Assembly: GCA_964016885.1 (NCBI GenBank)
Contig: OZ024761.1
Location: forward strand, 2,356,001 to 2,420,000
DNA: 64,000 nt
Reading direction: 5' to 3'
Source: Eledone cirrhosa
Taxonomy: Eukaryota
In this document: piece by piece, positions 51,645 through 62,695 of the stretch
Layout: every line of letters begins with the position of its first letter
Numbering within the stretch: position 1 is the first letter of the stretch
Notes under the pieces: model-generated
The model's database searches: none
The model's input: only the letters and a program-made list of their open reading frames with translations
What the model was told of the DNA's origin: nothing
Made by a program: the position numbers and the translations under genes

Positions 51645-51820
51645 AGGTCCTGTCAGAAGCAACCGACTCTTGGATGTTATCCAACCATCTTGCTTAGGTC
51701 TACCCCTGGGTCTCCTACCTGTTGGTTTTGCCCGTAAAATCTGTCCAGTGATTCTTTCCCGAGACATTCTAAGCACATTTCCTCCATAGTATCGAAGCTG
51801 TGATCTCTCAAATCAGAGAT
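51645..51820 (-). mobile_element. RTE (Rex3/Expander-like) fragment
   Basis: RMSRERITGQILRAKPTGRRPRGRP; homologous to ~41245-41390. Confidence 0.7.
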
Positions 51821-52133
51821 TCTGCCGACTCAGCTATGGAAAAGATTACTCACCTGTTCTTCATTTAAACTGCTGTCTTTGCAGAGAATGTCCTTTAAAC
51901 CTGAACGACTGGGAGCAGTTATTGAAATAATCTGGGTTAGAAAGACAAAGACAAATACATATATATATAGAAAGAGAGAGAGACATATACACATATATAC
52001 AGTGAAATTCTTTATAATGAGATTCACCTAACACATCGAGCATATGGCTGGGGATTGAAACAAATTTTGTTGTACTGAAAAATTCCTTATAATAGTATTT
52101 GTTCTAACGGAATTTTCCCCGTATATATATATA

Positions 52134-55100
52134 CTAAGAGAAGTACCCGGCGTTGCCCGGGTGTAAGTCGATCTTTGCTCTGTTGTTAAAATGTGTGAAA
52201 GTTACTTCCCGCGCATCACAGGTGCAAAAACCTTCGAACCTCAAGGAAAAAAACAGAGGTTCGTAGACACAGGTGTTTAATTGGGCATAAATAATGGATC
52301 AATTATAGGTTCACAGTGTATCGTTGAAATTGTTCTTTGCACGACTGACGAAAGTCAAATTCACTTGAAATTGAATTTTCAGTTGATTTTTAAAGCAGGG
52401 TGAATAAGTCAATATTTTTTTTTATTACAATTTTCGCACTCACATGTGAAGAAGAAGAAATAAAAGGGACTTTATCTGAACCGCGGCATAATGGCGAGTC
52501 TTTTGTGACAGTTTTCAAGAAAATCGGACGTTCCTGTAAAAAGTTTTCCCACGCTTCAGTTTTATTGATTTTTTACATGAATGCGTGACCTCTATGAGAA
52601 GCTAAAAACCTGTCCCGGTAAATTTGCTATAGGTGAAAAAAAGTCCCATGTGCAACTTTGCCTTGTTTTTTGCGCAAAGTCGAACCCACGCTTCAGTTTT
52701 ATTGATTGTTTACATGAATGCGTGACCTCTATGAGTAGCTGTCCGGGTAAATTTGCTACAGGTGAAAAAAAGTTGATCAAAATTGTGTCTAGGGTTATTT
52801 CCCTTTGCAACAGCCTCAACGTGTCTTCAAGTATGGTTTGTTAATTTGTTATGGAACTAAATCGACTTTCGTCAAATCGGACCGAGGAAACAATGTTTCC
52901 ATTTGTCTTTCTAGCTGATGTACTCGGTTACACTCTGGGTTATAAGGCACTGGATTTAAAGGGGTCTGCACTAAATTCCAGCAGGATGCTTTAACCGAAA
53001 TAAATGAAGAACCAACGTTTCTTTTTGTGCTCCAATCTGAGATATTGGTATTTTGAAAAAATAGTCCACAAACATCCATGGAGCATGTGTAACGCATGTA
53101 TCAGGTTATGAGAAAAAGGGTTTTCGATTCTCCATTCATAAGATACCAAAAAATTGCACGCAAATAAACCGGGATTTTAAGGCACTGCCCAATTCATAGC
53201 TGAAAGGTAAGAATCAAGGTTGAATAATGTTTTGCGACATTGTCAAATGTACAACCGTACAAAAGCAAAGGATATAGCCATTGAAATCTAGGTAGACCAA
53301 AGAATTTGGTGGGGTTGTATATCAGAGGATTGTTTTCCTTGTGATTCGCGTCTATCCTACAAAGTGAAATTAGATGATTGTAGTCGGTGTTGTATCAATA
53401 AAAAATAAAAGCATACGGAAGACTGAACACTTACGAATTAAGTGAAAATCACGTTGATATTCCTATCGGAACAACATGTGCCGAAAAACCTGACGGACTG
53501 TTGTGTCAATATTGAAATCGTAGAAATTGCAAATCCCGACCTCTAAGATGTAATGGATAGGCCTTGGAGTTGAAGAGGAAGAATTGGTACAATTGTTTTG
53601 CTGAACATGCTGACCATTAATTTAAATAGACTTATGCAGCATCATCGTGCAGTTTTGTTGTTTATGGCCTAGAATGAGGGCTGGTTAAACGCGCAGAAAA
53701 ATAAGCCATGCTGATGATGTTTAGGGGCGCCGCAGGGAATAGATGCGATGTTGTGAGTCAATTGTGAGGAGGACAGTGGAAGGCACGCTGATTGTTTGAG
53801 AAGACGCGATGCTACACAGGATGCTTCTCGGCCATAATTGACAGAAAGGCATGTCAGGAGAAATGAAAGAGATGCTATTCATCCTTTGCTTAGCATGATG
53901 AACATGTAATTAAAAAGATTTACCATGGACTATCGTGCACATTGGTATTGTGTTTAGCCTGCGAAAATCGGTGGTCAAATGAGGCAACAATAAGCCATGC
54001 TGATGACGTTTAAGCGGGTGGCAAGGAATTGATGCGGCATAGATAGCCATGGGAGACTTGAAGGAGCACGGCGGTCAGGTAAAAGAAAGGGCCGAGGAGG
54101 GGATGGTGGCTGAGTGCATGATGATGCAGTGGGACGATGGCCAGCAGGCAAGGAAGAGGGCAGGGGTGGACGGTGGCAAGGATGCCGCATGGTGAACCAT
54201 GGCAGTCTTGAAGGAGCACTGCGGGCAGGCAAAAGAAAGGGCCGAAGAGGGGATGGCGGTTGACAGAGCATTGATGCGGCATGGTGATGCATGACGATGC
54301 AGTGGGACGACAGCATGCAGGGAACAGAGTTGGTGGCAGGGATGCGACTTGGTCCCTCAAGACTGCCATGTCTAGGCAGTTGAAAGGGTCGGGGAGTGGA
54401 TGGCGGCTGACAGGGCAAGGATGCAACATGATGAGGCATGACGAAAGGGCAGGGTGCATGGCGGCTGACAGGGCGTGGATGCGGCATGCTAATTGAGTTG
54501 CACCTCGGGAGTGTAGAGAGCACCAGGAGGCACGATGATTGAGAAAACTGGGTGCAAGGCAGGATGTTTATCGGCCATACATGATCGGTAGGGTTTGGAG
54601 GAGAAAGGGATGAATTTTTGTTTAATTTTGTTAAATATGGTAAAAATGAATGTAAAAAGACTTACACAGGATCGTCCTCATGTTCATTGCTGTCTTTGGT
54701 CTGAGATAATGGGCGGTTATGTGCGGCGCAGGGATAAACCATGCTGATGACATTTGGGCAAGTTGCTGACAGGGCAGGAATGCCGCATGGTGAACCATGG
54801 CAGTCGTGAGGGACCATGGCGTGCGGGCAAGGGAAAGGGCAGGGGTTGACGGTTTGCAGGGATGCGGCTTGGTTAGGCATGGCAGTCTTGAAGAAGCACG
54901 GCGGGCAGGCAAAATAAAGGGCTGAGGAGGGGATGGCGGCTGACAGATCATGGATGCGGCATCGTGAGGCATAACGATGCAGTGGATCGACGGCGTGCAG
55001 GGAAGGGAGATGGCCGGGATTGACGGTTGCAGGGATTCCGTATGGTGAGCCATGGCACTCGTGAAGAACCAAGGCGTGCGGGTAAGGGAGAGGGCAGGGG

Positions 55101-56244
55101 AGGGCATGGCAGCTGACAGAGCATGGATGTGGCATGGTGAGGCATGATGATGCAGTGGGACGACGGCGTGCAGGACTTGATGATGGCAGGGATGCGGCTT
55201 GGTTAGGCATGGCAGTCTTGAAGGAGCACGGCGGGCAGACAAAAGAAAGGGCTCAGGAGGGGATGGTGGCCGACAGGGCAGTAATGCGGCATGGTGAGGC
55301 ATGACGATGCAGTGGGACGACGGCGTGCAGGGAAGGGAGAGGGCAGGGGTTGACGGTGGCAGGGATGCGGCTTGGTCAGGCACGGAAGTCTTGAGTTCTC
55401 CCGGAGTGTAGGCAATGGAAATGGGCAGGGGTGGACGGTGGCAGGGATTCGGCATGCTGAGCCATGATAGCCCTTAGGGACCACGGAGGGCAGGCAATGG
55501 AAAGGGCCGGGGAATTAATTGCTGCTGACAAGGTAGAGATGCGTATGGTGATGCACAATGATGCAGTGGGTCGACGGCGTGCAGGGGAGGGAGAGGGCAG
55601 GGGTTGACGGATGCCTCATTATGCTACGGTAGTGGAACCACGGGAATGAAGAGAGCGCATGGAGGCTCGATGATCGCTTGAGAAGACTGGGCGCAATACA
55701 GGATGATGCGCGGCGGTATAGTCTTGAGAGTCCTTATATAAGAAATGGAAGAATCGGCATAAAAGGTTTGCTGAATATGGTGAGCATTAATTTAAAGAGA
55801 CTTACGGTGGATAATCCTGATAGATTGAATGTTTTTTGCATGGCGGGAGTCGCGACAAGTGGAAGCAAGAAGAATGGTGTTTTTCGGTTGCCGGATTTTT
55901 CCCACGTTGATACTTGCATCAAAATACATACCTACGTCAAATTTCATTGGAATCGGACAAATTTCGTAAATATCGATTTTTGCCTCTGGTGATCCAATTA
56001 TCGATGTTTCGAAAATTTAATGTATCCCACGTTCAAATACACACTTGCGTCGAGTTTCATCGAAATCGGACGATTTTTGGCTTCTGGGGGCCCGATTATT
56101 TCGAAAATTTCAAGTAGCCTATTCCAATCTACGGGTCGAGTTTATATATGTGTCAAGTTTCATGAAAATCGGATGAACAGTGTAGCCTGCAAGTTTGGGA
56201 CACCAAACAAACAAACAACGCCCAACTTCACTTTATATATAAGA
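52134..56244 (-). mobile_element. 4.1-kb non-autonomous Helitron with internal cargo
   Basis: Minus strand starts A|TCTTATATATAAAGTG at 56244 and ends with hairpin CCCGGgcaacgCCGGG, a spacer, then TTAG|T at 52134. (TA)n lies on both sides, and the termini resemble those of 3790-4290. No Rep/helicase ORF is visible. Confidence 0.72.
54010..55615. repeat. GC-rich degenerate repeats inside the Helitron
   Basis: Recurring GGCATGA(C/T)GATGCAGTGGGACGAC, GGCAGTCTTGAAGGAGCACGG and GGCAGGGGTTGACGG blocks. Confidence 0.75.
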
Positions 56245-56388
56245 TATATATATATATATATAATGTAGGAGGTGAGTTTTACTGTAGCACAATAAAGAAA
56301 TGCAAATATTGGATAAGTAGCACTCAACAGTTTATTGGACTGGAGTATATATAAGAAGAAATTAAAAGATGGTTAAGAAAGTTCCATG

Positions 56389-56459
56389 TATTTTATTATG
56401 CGTATTTCAAAAACAATTATCATCCTGGGACGATATTTGCGTTCTCATCAGATAAAATA
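56389..56459 (-). ncRNA. Type I hammerhead ribozyme in the inverted pLTR
   Basis: Reverse-complement counterpart of the 60878-60947 motif; stem III TACGCA differs from TGCGCA by one base. Confidence 0.75.
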
Positions 56460-56850
56460 GGGAGACATGATATGAAGTTTAAAAAAACACTTGTGAGCAA
56501 GGTAGTGTCTAAACATCATATGATAAATAAATTTAAAAGGATATAGATTGGAAAAAAGGAAAGGAAGGGGAGAAAAGTAAGGAAGAGGAAGAAAGGAAAA
56601 AAGAAAAATTAGAAAAAAGGAAAGGATAACGGAGGAACAGTATAAGAAGGAGGAAGGAGAGAGAAAGAGGAGAGAAAGAGAGATAAACATTTAAACTGAG
56701 AAACGCTGTCTCCACAGAGAAATAACTGAAAAAAACGGTTGCAAATTTATAAATAAATTAAATAAATTAATAAAATTTTAAAATTAAAAGTTAATGAGGT
56801 TTATGGATGACTAGACTACTCGTGACCCAACGGGTCACGAGTAGTCTAGT

Positions 56851-56887
56851 ACAGGTAATCAAAGTGTGTATACATTTTTCTGGGACA

Positions 56888-56936
<49 letters not shown>

Positions 56937-57430
56937 GGTGTCCCTAAAAATGTATACACCATTCTAATATATATATTGCCTGTACAGGTAATCAAAGTGT
57001 GCATACATTTTTCGGGGACACCATATATATATATATACCGGGGTCCCTAAAAATGTATACACCATTCAAATATATATATTGCCTGTACAGGTAATCAAAG
57101 TGTGTATACATTTTTCGGGGAAACCATATATATATATACCTGGGTCCCTAAAAATGTATACAACATTCTAATATATATATTGCCTGTTCAGGTAATCAAA
57201 GTGTGTATAGATTTTTCGGGGACACCATATATATATATACCGGGGTCCCTAAAAATGTATACACCATTCTAATATATATATTGCCTGTACAGGTAATCAA
57301 AGTGTGTATACATTTTTCGGGGACACTATATATATATATAATAATACCGGGGTCCCTAAAAATGTATACACCATCCTAACAAATAATGCATGTATAGGCA
57401 ATCAAAGTGGGTATACATTTTTGGGGGGAC
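56851..57430. mobile_element. Tandem array of ~100-bp Tc1/mariner-like MITE units separated by (TA)n
   Basis: Each unit has inverted ends GG(G/T)GTCCCTAAAAATGTATACAC ... GTGTATACATTTTTCGGGGACACC flanked by TA; about five and a half units. Confidence 0.65.
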
Positions 57431-59874
57431 AACAATTATGGGACCAAAAACGTTATAGTATGAATGAACATTGTAGAGTGCACTGAAATATGGTAAAAAA
57501 AGGGGTATATGTGTAAAAAAATAATAAGATATATATGTGTGAGAAAAAGATTTTAATCTTAATTATGGAGTAAGATATTAACTGTATACTTTTTACTGTC
57601 CTAAACTGTAACTTAGTAAACCTTAATATTATCAAGAATAATATACTTGATCTATTTAAGCACCATAACCTAAAAATTGAATTTGAGAACAATGTTAAAT
57701 TAGCTAACTTCCTGGATATATCCCTTAATCTTGACACCGGCCTATATTACCCATACCATAAGGATAATGAGAACCTAAATTATGTTCATTTTAAATCAAA
57801 CCACCCTATTAATGTTAAGAATGCTCTAGTCAGAAATGTTGAAAAAATAATTTCTAATCTATCTTCTAATAAACTTATCTTTGATGCTAAAGCCAATTAT
57901 TACAATAATGCGCTATCCAGAGCTGGATATCTAGACAGAATTAAATACACTAATGAAACCAATCACGGCAGAACTTATAGTAATATAGCTAGTTATAAGC
58001 ATTCCAATAACATAAAGAGAAGACCTAGATATAAAAATATTATTTGGTACAATGCTCCTTTTTCTCTTTCTATTATTAGTAATATTCCTAAACTATTTTT
58101 TAGGGTGTTAGCTAATTGCTTCCCTCCTTCACATATTTATAGTAAGATCTTTAATAAGCATACAATTAAATTCTCTTATTCCACCACTTCCAACATTTCT
58201 AACATTATCTCAAAACATAATACTAAAATATTAAATAATAAATCATATCAATCCAACCCTGAGCGTCATAGTAATAACAAAATTAGGCCCGACGTCAATG
58301 TAAACTCTAGACAAGACTCCTTAAATACAAATACGACGTCAAACGTAATTTAGTTGAATGCTCCTAATACAAATCTAAATCAGGAAACATTAGCACCTCT
58401 TGTAGGTAATTTCTCCAATACAATTCCTTATATAAATAACTCTGGGCCACTTGCAAATAACTCTGTTAATAACATTAATCGTAAATGCAATTGCCTTAAT
58501 ATCCTCTTAATAATTACTGTCTCGATAAAAATTTGGTATACGAATGTAAGGTGATAACTAGTACCAATTCTTATACCTATTTTGGCTCTACCTCTACTTC
58601 CTTTAAGGCGAGATTATATAACCATTCTTCATCTTTTAAATACCCACTTAAAAGAACAAATGCTGCTCTGTCAGAACTCATCTGGTCCTTAAAAGACAAA
58701 AACATTAATTACAAAATTTCTTGGAGAAAAATTTGCAACGCTTCTCCTTATTTCAATGCTTCCCTATCCAGAACTTGTAATTTATGCCTAGCGGAAAATT
58801 TTACCATTATCTCTAATTTTAATTCTATAATAAATAGACGCACAGATTTATTTTCGTTTTGCATCCATAAATCGCTTAGGTCATTTCACAAAGTATACAG
58901 TTAATATCTTATTCCATAATTAAGATTAAAATCTTTTTCTCACACATATATATCTTATTATTTTTTTACACATATACCCCTTTTTTTACCATATTTCAGT
59001 GCACTCTACAATGTTCATTCATACTATAACGTTTTTGGTCCCATAATTGTTTAATTTTTTTTAACAATAAATTTTTGTAATTTTTTAATTCACTATAATT
59101 TTTTTAATTCACTATAATTTTTTAATTCACTATAGCAAATTCCTTTATCTTCTTGTGGATACAAATTTTTCTTTTAAATAGTTCATCTTTATATCATTTT
59201 TTCTCAACATTACTTTTTAAGTAGCTATATTTCCCAATTTTTTACTTCTAATCTATTAATATTAGCATTAGGGGAATTTTGTAAACAAATTTTTGACGTA
59301 ATATTTTTCCTTCCTCATATTTTTCGTTTTTCTCTCTTTCCATGCTTGTATCAAATTAAATTACTTTTTCTATTACAATCTATTGAAACAAACTAGGACC
59401 CTATATCGTATTCTAAGCTTATAAATCACTTAATTTTATTTTCATTCACCTTATCTTATTTCACTCTATTTTATCTTAATAATACTTTTTCAAATAAATT
59501 TTTGCACATCTTAATAAATCCTTCACTATTTAAACCCTAAATAAATAATATACTTAATTTCTATATCTGTAATCATAAGCATCATCATCCATAAACCTCA
59601 TTAACTTTTAATTTTAAAATTTTATTAATTTATTTAATTTATTTATAAATTTACAACCGTTTTTTCAGTTATTTCTGTGGAGACAGTGTTTCTCAGTTTA
59701 AATGTTTATCTCTCTCTCTTTCTCTCCTCTTTCTCTCTCCTTCCTCCTTCTTATACTCTTCCTCCGTTATCCTTTCCTTCTTTTTTCTTTTCTTCCCCTT
59801 CCTTACTTTTCTCCCCTTCCTTTCCTTTTTTCCAATCTCCTATATCCTTTTAAATTTATTTATCATATGTTGTT

Positions 59875-60822
59875 ACCTGGGTGACAAAATCAGCAGTGGG
59901 GGAGGGTGCTCTGAAAGTACAGTAGCTAGAGTCAGAACTGGATGGAAAAAGTTCAGAGAGCTTATACCACTATTAGCCGCTAAAGGGTTCTCTCTTAAAT
60001 TGAAAGGCAGGTTGTATGATGCCTGCATACGAACAGCAATGTTGCATGGCAGTGAGACCTGGGCATTGTGTGCAGAGGATATACGCAGACTGGAGAGGAA
60101 CGAAGCTTGCATGCTCCGTTGGATATGTAAGAGTAATATACGTGAACGGCAAAGCATAAACGAACTAGGGGAAAAATTAAAAATAAGAGGGATCAGATGT
60201 TGTTTACTCGAGAGAAGACTACGTTGGTATGGTCACGTGATGCGCATGAAAGACGACAGCTGTATAAAAAAGTGCAGGGCAATAAAAATAGACGGTAGCC
60301 ACGGAGTAAGCAGACGCAGAAAAACCTGGGACGACTTGATAAATTCCGACCTCACACACTTGCACATCTCCAAGACAATGTCACTGGACCGAGATCTTTG
60401 GCGCTACACAATAATAGAGAAGACCCGCCTTACCTAAGTGCAAAGTGAAACCTACTACAGTCAGTAGGCACCTCTAACAAAATACAACCCCGTCCCACTA
60501 CCCCCTACCCCATCCACACCACCCCTTTCAATGTAAAGTTATGTTGGTACCACAACATCCAGTCCGAAACAAATGAGGTCGTGTAGGTGTCACGACAAAA
60601 AAACACAGTCCACGCTGTAATGTGGCCATGTAGGCAACACGGTAAAAACCTCCCAGCCCCACACTGTAAATGTGGTTGGTGTTAGGAAGGGCATCCAGCT
60701 GTAGAAAACCCGCCAGACAGTCCTATGCGAGCAAGACAACCACTCTTGCCTCAAGTGGGAAAACTCCCGTCCAAACCCATGCAAGCGTGGAAGATGGACG
60801 TTAAACGATGATGATGATGATG
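59875..60822 (+). mobile_element. RTE LINE (family B) 3' fragment inserted in the pLTR
   Basis: KGRLYDACIRTAMLHGSETW and RRLRWYGHVMRM; (GAT)n tail; pLTR sequence resumes after it. Confidence 0.92.
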
Positions 60823-60877
60823 TTTAGACACTACCTTGCTCACAAGTGTTTTTTTAAACTTCATATCATGTCTCCCT

Positions 60878-60947
60878 ATTTTATCTGATGAGAACGCAAA
60901 TATCATCCCAGGATGATATTTGTTTTTGAAATGCGCATAATAAAATA
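60878..60947 (+). ncRNA. Type I minimal hammerhead ribozyme
   Basis: TATTTTAT-CTGATGA-GAACGCAAATATCATCCca-GGATGATATTTGTTTTT-GAAA-TGCGCA-TA-ATAAAATA. Confidence 0.85.
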
Positions 60948-60980
60948 TATGGAACTTTCTTAACCATCTTTTAATTTCTT

Positions 60981-61024
<44 letters not shown>

Positions 61025-61029
61025 CATAC

Positions 61030-61500
61030 GCTTATGCACCCCAATCTGGGTTGCCAAAACGAACTTAAACGAACGACAATGACTTTCTGCTCATTGCAGG
61101 GGACTTTAACGGAGACGTTGGGAAACATAGTGATGGCTTCTACAGAGTCCATGGAGGCGTAAGAAATGAAGAAGGTTACAGGCTTCTAGAATGTTGCAAT
61201 GCTAATGACCTGTCGATATATAACACAAACTTCAAAAAAACCCAACAACCACCTGATCACCTATAGATCAGGGGAGCATTCTAGTCAGATTTTATCTTTA
61301 CCAGAAGACGAGATAGATGGATGGTTGTAAACATGAAAGCCTTCCTAGGTGAGGAATGTATCTCCCAACACAGCCTAGTAGTCAGTGACCTCACTGTCAG
61401 AGCTAGATGAACTTTGAAACAATAGGCAACTTGGAGAAGAAAGATCTGGAAGCTGAAAGATCCCTCAGCCAGTAACAAATTTAGAGATATTTTACTTGAA
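61030..61500 (+). mobile_element. RTE LINE APE endonuclease fragment
   Basis: AYAPQSG, LIAGDFNGDVG and HLITYRSG; homologous to 48745-49260. Confidence 0.8.
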
Positions 61501-61738
61501 AAGCCAGGGTTAGACAACAAAAAGAAAGAATGTAAGGCTTGCTTCTTACTGAAAATAGTTTCTGTACAAACCATCCATGGTACTGGCTGAGGGTTTCAGT
61601 GTAAGCCTTCTGAATGATGGGATGGAGGGACTGAGAGGTGATGCCAGCTTTGTGTTCTTCCAGAAAACCAGACAGGAAAACAAATATGAAGTCCAGAGCT
61701 CTAAATATAGAAATAAAGACATACAATATATATATAGA

Positions 61739-62267
61739 CATCATCATCATCACCACTACCACCATCCCTAACAATACCATCGTCATCATGATCATCACCA
61801 TCCCTACCAATACCATCGTCATCATGATCATCACCATCCCTACCACAACCATCATCATCACCAACACTGTCACCACCACCGTCATCACCGCCACAACCAT
61901 CATCATCAGTACCAACACTATTGTCACCACCGCCGGCACCGTCATTGTCAACGTAAAGATCATCACCATCATCATTATAACTAGTCATCACCACCACCAC
62001 CACCATTACTGTCATCACCATTGCCACCACCACCACCATTACTGTCATCACCATTGTCACCACCACCACCATTACTGTCATCACCATTGTCACCACCACC
62101 ACCATTACTGTCACCACCACCACCACCAATACTGTCATCACCATTGTCACCACCACCAGCATCAATACTGTCATCACCATTGTCACCACCACCACCACCA
62201 CCACCACCATTACTGTCATCACCATTGTCACCACCACCACCATCAATACTGTCACCACCACCATCAC
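61739..62267. repeat. (CAT/CAC) trinucleotide-derived repeat
   Basis: Direct reading. Confidence 0.9.
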
Positions 62268-62481
62268 AAACCTGGGCATTAAACGGTGATGATGATTATC
62301 TGAACAAGAAACAGGTCCACCATATTGAATTACCTGATCAACCAAAGGCCACTGATCCCAGCATAGTCAGTTGTTTTATTCTCCTGTTCATCCAAGAACA
62401 TTGCTTCAAGGTGTGAAAAGGTTGCAGGATCTGTATCATATTTGGTCTGTAGTTTCTGCAGAAATAACACATTAGATTTAT

Positions 62482-62695
62482 TTAACCCTTTCCATACAAA
62501 CCAGCTACTTCTTTGATACAAACATCTTTTCAAAGTATTTAAAACTTTTCATCATAATTTTATGAAACTCTTGTTATGTTTTAATACCAGCTAAATAACG
62601 AGAAAGTTAGTTATATTACTAAATCTCTTGAAATTCTTAACCACTAATGACATAGACAGTGTCTTTCATGAGAAATATGGTAATGAAAGGGTTAA
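62482..62695. mobile_element. TTAA-flanked piggyBac-like MITE
   Basis: TTAA-CCCTTTCCATAC from 62482 and GTAATGAAAGGG-TTAA ending at 62695. Confidence 0.7.

Larger units (their letters stand above)
56263..60985 (+). mobile_element. Penelope-like element: 5'-truncated RT/GIY-YIG remnant (57592-58904) with an inverted copy of its 3' region upstream
   Basis: NFLDISLNL, YYPYHK, YVHFKSNHP, IIWYNAPFS, VYECKV...YFGST and CNLCLAE motifs. 57431-57592 is the reverse complement of ~58890-59051; ~56350-56810 is the reverse complement of 59586-59870 joined to 60823-60985. Confidence 0.88.

Noticed and set aside
61638-62416. His/Cys-rich or Pro-rich ORFs
   Set aside because: Trinucleotide-derived repeat; I found no convincing phase-compatible splice sites, unlike 13844-14090.
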